From an uncultured virus (IMG/VR IMGVR_UViG_3300028840_006692) (taxonomy: Duplodnaviria > Heunggongvirae > Uroviricota > Caudoviricetes), in the IMG/VR virus record IMGVR_UViG_3300028840_006692: a stretch of 20,077 nucleotides of DNA; one strand, given 5' to 3'. Below the pieces are notes generated by a model. It saw nothing but the letters and a program-made list of their open reading frames with translations, did not search any database and was not told the origin of the DNA. Within the stretch, counting starts at the first letter, position 1. Each line of letters starts with the position of its first letter. Made by a program: the position numbers and the translations under genes. Of this stretch, positions 14,152-20,077 are shown piece by piece.

Positions 14152-16335
14152 CTATGCAGCTTCCAGTTCACAGACCACATCTGCTGCGGATGTGCCTGCT
14201 CCCGGTGACGTAGCTCGAACGCTTACGGTATCACCAGCAAGCACTTGGTAATTTGATGTGGTGTCTTGCGCTGTAAACGCGCCAGCATTCAATGTTAGAA
14301 TCCATGCTGGAACAAGAGGAGCACCATTGACGAGCACCTCGAACGTGTTGTTTTCACCGACGGGTGCCACTGCGGCTCTTACTCTGAGTTTTCTCAGTGT
14401 GGTATTGTTTTGGACTGTGTGCTCCAAGATGTCTGTCAAGCTCAACGTAAAGTTAGGCAGCAGAAATTGCGTCAGATTGGGCGCAACCGGACCGGCTCCA
14501 AGGTAGCCGACTTTGATAGTTTCGTATGTGTATCCTCCCGTCAACGTCGTGGATTTGCCTTCCACAGCATCGGACACCACAATCATCCTGTGGGAGTCGT
14601 TCCAAGGTATTTCGGTCCAGCTGCGGTATTCGGCGGTTCCGCCAAGGATTTGGATTTCCTGCCCCGGGGTGGGAACAGTGATGGTAAGCGGCCACTGAAA
14701 GTCTCGATCGAGGTATACCTGCGCTCCGGGGCGGAGCATGATTGCAGAACCGGTACCGATGACGCCCGAAAGAGAACCCCCATCAAACTTCATCTTTCCG
14801 CCCACTGTCCAACCTCGGGCGTTGTAGATGTTCCGGATTACATACCAGTCTTCAATGTTAACTAATGCCCCATCCTGAACTTCAAGGCCGTTCCAGTTTT
14901 GCACCGGATCGTCTGCAAAATTCGCAATGCTTCTCGTGTAAAAGACACTACCATTGTTTAGCTCAAGCACGCCCCCTGAAAACTTGAAATACCCTGAAGC
15001 ATAAAAGAATCCTGAGACGTACACATTGATCATCCAAGAATTTCCGCCAGCTTCAAACTCAGCGAGTAATGTGGTGTCTACATAAGCGGCGTTGCCAGTT
15101 ACTATAGGAACAGCTATGCTAGAGTTTAGCGACACCGATCGGAATATAAAGTTTAGATCGTTTGTTGTGCGCGCAGCCGGAGCGGAGATAGCCAGCGCGC
15201 CAAGGTAGCAAGCTGGTTGTTCGAAAACATCGAAAGTGTCGCCTGGATTTGGATTGACTCCAGCTGGGATGTATGTAGCTCCACTAAAGTAGCGCAAGAT
15301 TCTTGAGCATGCGTAGCTGTTGCCTCCAAGAGATGCATGCAGATAGAAGGTGTATCCGGTTAGAGGGCCGGACGTAAAACGGAAAAAGTAGCCGTACCCC
15401 CAAAATTGGGCTGCTGTAGCAGTTAGTGTGCCCTCATCACCCGCGGCAGGGTTTCGGGTGAAGTTTTGCACAGTGCCTTGATCGACGAGCTCCGGCAAAC
15501 CCGTAATGTTCAAGTCTGCCTGCTCATCGAGGTTGAACTGCCCTTCGATTTGATCGCTCGAGAAAAGGCCACGTTCCCCGATGTACACGGTTGCGGACTG
15601 AATGGGCAAAAAGGATTGCTGCGCTCGGCGGCGGAACTCAGCCCACGTTTCAAGCGCCGTCCCAAATGTTGTTCCGTCGTTTTCGTCGTCGCCGTTTACG
15701 ATGTCGATGTACCAATCGCGAGGAGAGGAAAACTGATAGGTCCAGTATGGGTTTGGTAGCAGCCGCCTTCTCCATTTGCCCGTAGGCGTGGCATTGCAAA
15801 TGGTGATGTTGTCCGGAAAAAAGGGTTGTGTGGTATCTTTTTCCAAAATCCATTCATCGCGGACAGAACGTACCCAAAACGTCACGCTGTTTTCCAACCC
15901 CGAAGTGTCGTACGCGGCAAGCTCTGCAACGGTGTCCACCACCGCGAACGGCAAATCTCCGGGTACCCATTGGGATGCAAAATCATCCCAGATCAAAACG
16001 TCTCTGTCTGCGGGGGCTGCTGCTGATACAGTCCTAGTTTGGATACCCACTACCGTTTGCGAGGACGAATCTCCAGTGAGGTCTCCTGAAAATGCCAGCG
16101 GAGTCGGTTCCCACTGTGACGACAAGTTGTTCCAAGTGTACATGTCGCCATCCCCTGGCGGGTCGGATGCCACAGAACGTCCTTGGATACCCACTACCGT
16201 TTGGGATGTTGCGTCGCCGGTAAGATCTCCAGCAAAAATCACCGCCAAGGCGGATTGCAATTTCTTGTACATCCTATCCAAGACTTGCTGGATATCTATT
16301 TTGTTTACTTTTTTCAATCTTGGGGCTAACGCCAT
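14152..16335 (-). CDS. Large multidomain fibre/spike protein (727 aa)
   Basis: DIQQVLDRM N-terminus; 2x GDLTGD..QTVVGIQ..W..QW.P; VDTVAELAA..GKWRR small domain; WYIDIVNGDDENDG cap; beta-rich body; C-terminal jelly-roll-like LRKLRV..FEVLVNG..AGDTVSV. Confidence 0.75.
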   Translation of the reverse strand: MALAPRLKKVNKIDIQQVLDRMYKKLQSALAVIFAGDLTGDATSQTVVGIQGRSVASDPPGDGDMYTWNNLSSQWEPTPLAFSGDLTGDSSSQTVVGIQTRTVSAAAPADRDVLIWDDFASQWVPGDLPFAVVDTVAELAAYDTSGLENSVTFWVRSVRDEWILEKDTTQPFFPDNITICNATPTGKWRRRLLPNPYWTYQFSSPRDWYIDIVNGDDENDGTTFGTALETWAEFRRRAQQSFLPIQSATVYIGERGLFSSDQIEGQFNLDEQADLNITGLPELVDQGTVQNFTRNPAAGDEGTLTATAAQFWGYGYFFRFTSGPLTGYTFYLHASLGGNSYACSRILRYFSGATYIPAGVNPNPGDTFDVFEQPACYLGALAISAPAARTTNDLNFIFRSVSLNSSIAVPIVTGNAAYVDTTLLAEFEAGGNSWMINVYVSGFFYASGYFKFSGGVLELNNGSVFYTRSIANFADDPVQNWNGLEVQDGALVNIEDWYVIRNIYNARGWTVGGKMKFDGGSLSGVIGTGSAIMLRPGAQVYLDRDFQWPLTITVPTPGQEIQILGGTAEYRSWTEIPWNDSHRMIVVSDAVEGKSTTLTGGYTYETIKVGYLGAGPVAPNLTQFLLPNFTLSLTDILEHTVQNNTTLRKLRVRAAVAPVGENNTFEVLVNGAPLVPAWILTLNAGAFTAQDTTSNYQVLAGDTVSVRATSPGAGTSAADVVCELEAA
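16039..16203. repeat. Exact 21-bp direct repeat (ttggatacccactaccgtttg) at 16039-16059 and 16183-16203 within a 48-aa tandem module
   Basis: Directly visible; 144-bp period; encodes QTVVGIQ twice. Confidence 0.9.
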
Positions 16336-16380
16336 GATGACCTCTCGGAGATTTTTGAAGCGAACCCTGAAAACTTGTTT

Positions 16381-17253
16381 TTACGCCGCCAACCTAACCA
16401 ACGACAAGTTCGAAGCGTTTTGACGCAGCGGTTGGGCGCGGCTACATGCAATTTCTACCCAAACGCTGGCGTTTGCTGGAAGCCGGGTAATGATTGATTG
16501 TGTTAGTGTTTCTTCTCGACTTGGAGAAGTATAGGTTATGTTTTTGAACACCCCACAATTGGGGATGTTTATCCGCGTACCGCTTGGTGGGGTTGAATAG
16601 TAAAAGGCAAAATACATTTTTGTAGCGACCCCCGAAAGAACGGCGTTTTCAAATTCTCCGCTAAATGTGATCTTGTACATACCTTCGCGTGTAACTGTCA
16701 TTGTGCCGTTTGCAGGATCGTATACCATATCCCTGCCAGGCGTAACAGACTCAAACGTCAATTTGTACCCCTCAGGTTGAGGCAACAAGCAATCGATTCC
16801 AAGAGGTGTGGTTCTATACATACTACCAAAAGAAGGAGGGATCTCTTCGATCAATGCCTTTGCTTCGGCGGACATAAATCCGGGCGTGCTAAACGTTGCC
16901 AAAGGATGTAGTTCGCCTGCACTTCGTTGCCCGTGTTGGGTGTTGTTGATCGTGCCTAGGGCCAAAGAATCGGCGCCGACCACAATCGACCCATCATTGT
17001 TTACGACATCCAGTCGGCGCTTCCAAGTCACTATAAAAAATTCGTTTGATGCAACCAAACCCGGTCCGCCAAGGAGCTTGTGTTGTAGGTATGATGAAAC
17101 AGGATCGTTTGAGTTCACCCTAACTAAATTTTCAGCTTCGGCAAATACAACATCTATGAAGTCACCAGCGTTTTTTTGGTTGCGATAAAACGCGTCATTT
17201 ATCGATAGCAGATCGGTTGACACAGGCGTGTAATACTTCATGCGGAAAGGCAT
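16381..17253 (-). CDS. Fibre protein: His-pair shaft module plus C1q/TNF-like head (290 aa)
   Basis: SD AAGGAG before ATG 17253 (MPFRMK); SYLQHKLLGG; DGSI..QHGQRSAGELH..GFMS; FGSMY..LTFE..GTMTVTREGMYKITFSG. Confidence 0.75.
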   Translation of the reverse strand: MPFRMKYYTPVSTDLLSINDAFYRNQKNAGDFIDVVFAEAENLVRVNSNDPVSSYLQHKLLGGPGLVASNEFFIVTWKRRLDVVNNDGSIVVGADSLALGTINNTQHGQRSAGELHPLATFSTPGFMSAEAKALIEEIPPSFGSMYRTTPLGIDCLLPQPEGYKLTFESVTPGRDMVYDPANGTMTVTREGMYKITFSGEFENAVLSGVATKMYFAFYYSTPPSGTRINIPNCGVFKNITYTSPSREETLTQSIITRLPANASVWVEIACSRAQPLRQNASNLSLVRLAA

Positions 17254-17270
17254 TGTGGTCTCCTTTTTTC

Positions 17271-18128
17271 TTAGTCGCCTATCTTTTGTGCAGACAGGTT
17301 GCCAGATTCGAAAAAGAACGCACCTCCACTGCGGGAGCTTATTTCGACCCAAACCTCATCACCGTTGTCAAATTCCTCCATCAGTGTGGCGGAAAAGTGC
17401 AGAGTGGTGAGAGGCAAGAACCGATCAAAATACTTGACCAGCCGAACCTGAGGCAACGTTACTGGGGGGGCTCCTGCGGGTTTTTTTACAAAAGATATGT
17501 ACAACTCATCAGAGGTCCCTGTTGTCTTTTCTGCCGTCATATTGAATTCTATTTGCCACAATCCTTTCTGAAACATTCGTATTATTCCCGAAGCTGGGAT
17601 CAAAGTTGTATTTTGGGATTCTCCTGCTGTGTCGAACAACAAAATTTGCGTTGCGGGAGCTACCGGCGGAGTGACCGAAACCTGCACAGTGCGGTAAATA
17701 AAGCCGTAAGCTATGATGATTAGATCGGCAACAGTCTTGTCTTGTGTAGACATAAAACCCGCAGATTGAGGTGTGGCTAACGGATGGAGATCACCTCCTG
17801 CTCTATTGCCATGGTTTTCATCGTTCAAAACTCCAACTTTCAGATTGCCAGGGCTTGCATCTATTGTATCACCTGGAGTCAGTACGGTCTGGATTAATAC
17901 GGCGCCGTACGGCCCGCCTAGGCTAATATTATTTTCAAACCCGTCTCCAGCTAAAAACTTGCTATCGAGAGTCCCAGCAATGTCAGTTTCTAACACTTTG
18001 ACTAAGTTGTCTTCGCGCACAGTTTGGAATGCTATCGCCTCGGCGATGTAAAGAGCATTCTGATTCATCGCGCGGTTGAGCTCGGTCAGCGAGGTATTGC
18101 GTGCGTATGAAACTCGAACGTATGCCAT
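17271..18128 (-). CDS. Fibre protein: His-pair shaft module plus C1q/TNF-like head (285 aa)
   Basis: NHGNRAGGDLH..GFMSTQDK; AYGFIY..LLFD..GIIRMFQKGLWQIEFN..GDEVWVEI; paralog of 16381-17253. Confidence 0.75.
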   Translation of the reverse strand: MAYVRVSYARNTSLTELNRAMNQNALYIAEAIAFQTVREDNLVKVLETDIAGTLDSKFLAGDGFENNISLGGPYGAVLIQTVLTPGDTIDASPGNLKVGVLNDENHGNRAGGDLHPLATPQSAGFMSTQDKTVADLIIIAYGFIYRTVQVSVTPPVAPATQILLFDTAGESQNTTLIPASGIIRMFQKGLWQIEFNMTAEKTTGTSDELYISFVKKPAGAPPVTLPQVRLVKYFDRFLPLTTLHFSATLMEEFDNGDEVWVEISSRSGGAFFFESGNLSAQKIGD

Positions 18129-18151
18129 GACGTTTTCCCTTTGCCCCGTTA

Positions 18152-18622
18152 TTATTGCAGACGCTTCAACAGAGTCATCCCGAAGTTGATGGGTCCTAGT
18201 GCTATTTGCTCTTGGAAAGAGCCCAGCACGCAGATCCTAGGGTAAACAGATGTAAGGGTAGCCATCTGTCGAACGTAAGATCCATAAACAGACTGCCATG
18301 TGCCGTAGCCTGATCGTAAATTTGTTTTGATCACCAACTCCGGTACAGGTGAGCCAATCGGGGAGTTTTCTGAAAAATCGATCAGGATGTTCATCGCGTT
18401 GCCAGACCACGTCGAGATCTGCGCGTTGAAATACACTTTCCAAACGCCTTTTGCGCTTGTTTTGATGTACCCGTCAAATTGACTTTGCTCGGTGTTGCGA
18501 GCACCGGGCGAGCTCTCCCACACTTTGGGTAGGTACAACTCGTTCTTGAAAGTCGTCCTGAAGGGAAATTTGTTGATGCTAAAGCCTGTCTTTACTGGGT
18601 AGAAAATCTCGCCTGGCATCAT
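18152..18622 (-). CDS. Stand-alone C1q/TNF-like head protein
   Basis: SD AAGGAG (start may be the second ATG, 18619); DGYIKTSAKGVWKVYFNAQI matches the head strand of neighbouring paralogs. Confidence 0.65.
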   Translation of the reverse strand: MMPGEIFYPVKTGFSINKFPFRTTFKNELYLPKVWESSPGARNTEQSQFDGYIKTSAKGVWKVYFNAQISTWSGNAMNILIDFSENSPIGSPVPELVIKTNLRSGYGTWQSVYGSYVRQMATLTSVYPRICVLGSFQEQIALGPINFGMTLLKRLQ

Positions 18623-18630
18623 GCTCTCCT

Positions 18631-19092
18631 TTATGTCTGCATTGAGGCGCCGTACATCTCGCCGTAGCCTGGTTCTAGGCCATAAATCAGCTCCCTGTAG
18701 GGAAAGTCCATGAACCCATCGGTGAACGCGTCAACAATGGTGTGCATAGCGCTTCCTAAATATGTGGCCGTGAGCTCTCCGTGTTGCTCATCACTGATGA
18801 CGCCTACTCGAACCTCCCCCGGTAAAGCTTCGATTGACCCATCATCGTTGGCAATATAAATTTCAATTTGACTTCCGTACGTAGGATCGTAAACCACACG
18901 TGAATTGAATCCAAACCCCGGTTCAAAAACCTTGTTTCGTAAATAGCTCGCAATTTCTTCTGGATCGCTTATTGTAAAGACTTTCCCGGGGGCACTTGCC
19001 ATTTCATTTTCAAAAATAGTGTAGTTGTCCCAACTCCATCTTCGAACAGCTTTTAGATCAAAAGATCGCAAGGGAACGGTAACGATTGGCAT
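18631..19092 (-). CDS. Headless fibre protein: N-terminal helix plus His-pair shaft module
   Basis: SYLRNKV; DDGSI..VRVGVISDEQHG..MH..DGFM; ends at GYGEMYG, where its paralogs begin the head domain. Confidence 0.7.
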   Translation of the reverse strand: MPIVTVPLRSFDLKAVRRWSWDNYTIFENEMASAPGKVFTISDPEEIASYLRNKVFEPGFGFNSRVVYDPTYGSQIEIYIANDDGSIEALPGEVRVGVISDEQHGELTATYLGSAMHTIVDAFTDGFMDFPYRELIYGLEPGYGEMYGASMQT

Positions 19093-19113
19093 TGTTTTTT
19101 ACCTTTTTATCGG

Positions 19114-19139
19114 ACAATTTCACGCGTGCTGTGAATTGT
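19114..19139. promoter_or_regulatory. Imperfect intergenic inverted repeat
   Basis: ACAATTTCAC-gcgtgct-GTGAATTGT (one bulge) in the 52-bp gap between two fibre genes. Confidence 0.35.
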
Positions 19140-19144
19140 GTTAT

Positions 19145-20077
19145 CTACACGGACCTGTACACGTTTCCAGAGACCACATTCTTGTTGTTTGCATCCAAAA
19201 GAGAGTCGTCAAAAAGGAGAGATGCGCCTTGATTCTCTTGCACTCGCCATTCATTTTCTGTCAAAATGCAATTGTTGACTGGAAATCCTCCTGATATATC
19301 CCAAACATTCGAGGTAGCCGCAAATCGTGCCCAGAACAGGTTGTTCGACATTACAACACTATTTTCCGAAAAGAGCTGCCGCGTCTTCATGAAGGTTCCA
19401 CCGGACAATTGTACACGGTTGCCAAAAACAGAAATCCCATTGGGTTGTTCAGCCGTAATGCAATTTTGCTGAATCAAACCAAAACTATTCCCCAAAGCTA
19501 CCAGACGTGTCCCCTCTTTGATGATTATGGCTGCAGGCCCCATGTTCAAATACCCGGTGGGGCTCAGCTTGTCAAAATTTGAGCCGTTCCATTCATTCCC
19601 TTTGAGAAGAACAGTGCCTTGTGCGTCAATCGCACCAGCATTTTCTCCAATCAAAGAGTTTTCGATTACGACAGTGCCACCCAAACTTTGAGAGTGTACA
19701 ACTCGGGCTCCGTCGAACCACCAGCAGTTGTATATTTTGCAAAACCCTGTGTTTCCTTGCAGGTTGATGGAATACAGGTCGTGATTGCGAAACGAGCAGT
19801 TTATGAATTGACAATTGTTTGCGTTGTCAATCGTAACCGCGTTTCTGCAATTCGTAAGCCGCATGTCGCGAATTGTGAGGTTTTGGATCTCAAAGGCACC
19901 GCTGTTATTGAACACCAAAATATCTTCTGTGCTAGGAACCCTGCGTAGAAAGGTGCTATCTCTTCCAGCTCCTTGAATCTGAAAGTTGAGCAAAGCATCT
20001 GCATTCGCAGTGAAATTGATTGTGGATTCCAACCTGTAATTTCCCGGAGGGAAATACAACGTGGTGTAATTCGTCCC
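19145..20077 (-). CDS. 5'-truncated tailspike-like beta-helix protein, paralog of 9615-10868
   Basis: Frame is open to the window end (GTNYTTLYFPPGNY); shares CWW, TGY.NMG.A, GGT..KTR, DDSLLD..N.NVV..N..RS with 9615-10868. Confidence 0.8.
   Translation of the reverse strand, partial: GTNYTTLYFPPGNYRLESTINFTANADALLNFQIQGAGRDSTFLRRVPSTEDILVFNNSGAFEIQNLTIRDMRLTNCRNAVTIDNANNCQFINCSFRNHDLYSINLQGNTGFCKIYNCWWFDGARVVHSQSLGGTVVIENSLIGENAGAIDAQGTVLLKGNEWNGSNFDKLSPTGYLNMGPAAIIIKEGTRLVALGNSFGLIQQNCITAEQPNGISVFGNRVQLSGGTFMKTRQLFSENSVVMSNNLFWARFAATSNVWDISGGFPVNNCILTENEWRVQENQGASLLFDDSLLDANNKNVVSGNVYRSV

Noticed and set aside
2038..17352. Longer N-termini in the ORF track (starts 2190, 2266, 3389, 3936, 6306, 6488, 7402, 14180, 17352)
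   Set aside because: They overlap upstream genes; internal ATGs have an SD, ATGA coupling, a promoter motif or a better fit to the gene layout.
1038..19948. Numerous + strand ORFs and alternative-frame - strand ORFs (e.g. 8147-8662, 15776-16423, 3243-3620 with WWLEA repeats)
   Set aside because: Antisense or out-of-frame shadows of well-supported genes, with no recognisable motifs.
7429..20077. Invertible tail-fibre shufflon
   Set aside because: All genes lie on one strand with their own starts; no recombinase or repeated inversion sites seen.

Overview
Gene-dense, phage/virus-like window read with the standard genetic code. Two + strand genes at the left edge converge on a ~19-kb, tightly coupled - strand cluster. 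In transcription order (right to left) the cluster holds: (i) about 12 genes (7429-20077) for modular fibre/spike proteins built from shared parts: a conserved N-terminal helix ([IV]QQ[AV]LDR-like), GDLxG..QG..W repeats, a His-pair HGxRxGGxLH..GFMS shaft module, right-handed beta-helices and C1q/TNF-like heads; (ii) a membrane/lysis-like block with a holin-like gene, a segmented coiled coil with C-terminal TM, lipoproteins, thioredoxin, a papain-family C1 peptidase, a tail-anchored PPTTT-repeat protein and a CHAP/NlpC-P60-like hydrolase; (iii) two ribbon-helix-helix regulators and an alpha/beta-hydrolase-like membrane protein. Two genes have near-identical extended -10 motifs 6 nt before the ATG, suggesting leaderless mRNAs. 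No capsid, terminase, tail tube/sheath, integrase, RT, rRNA, tRNA or CRISPR array was recognised, so virus type and host remain open. All family calls come from motif recognition by eye, not from database searches.
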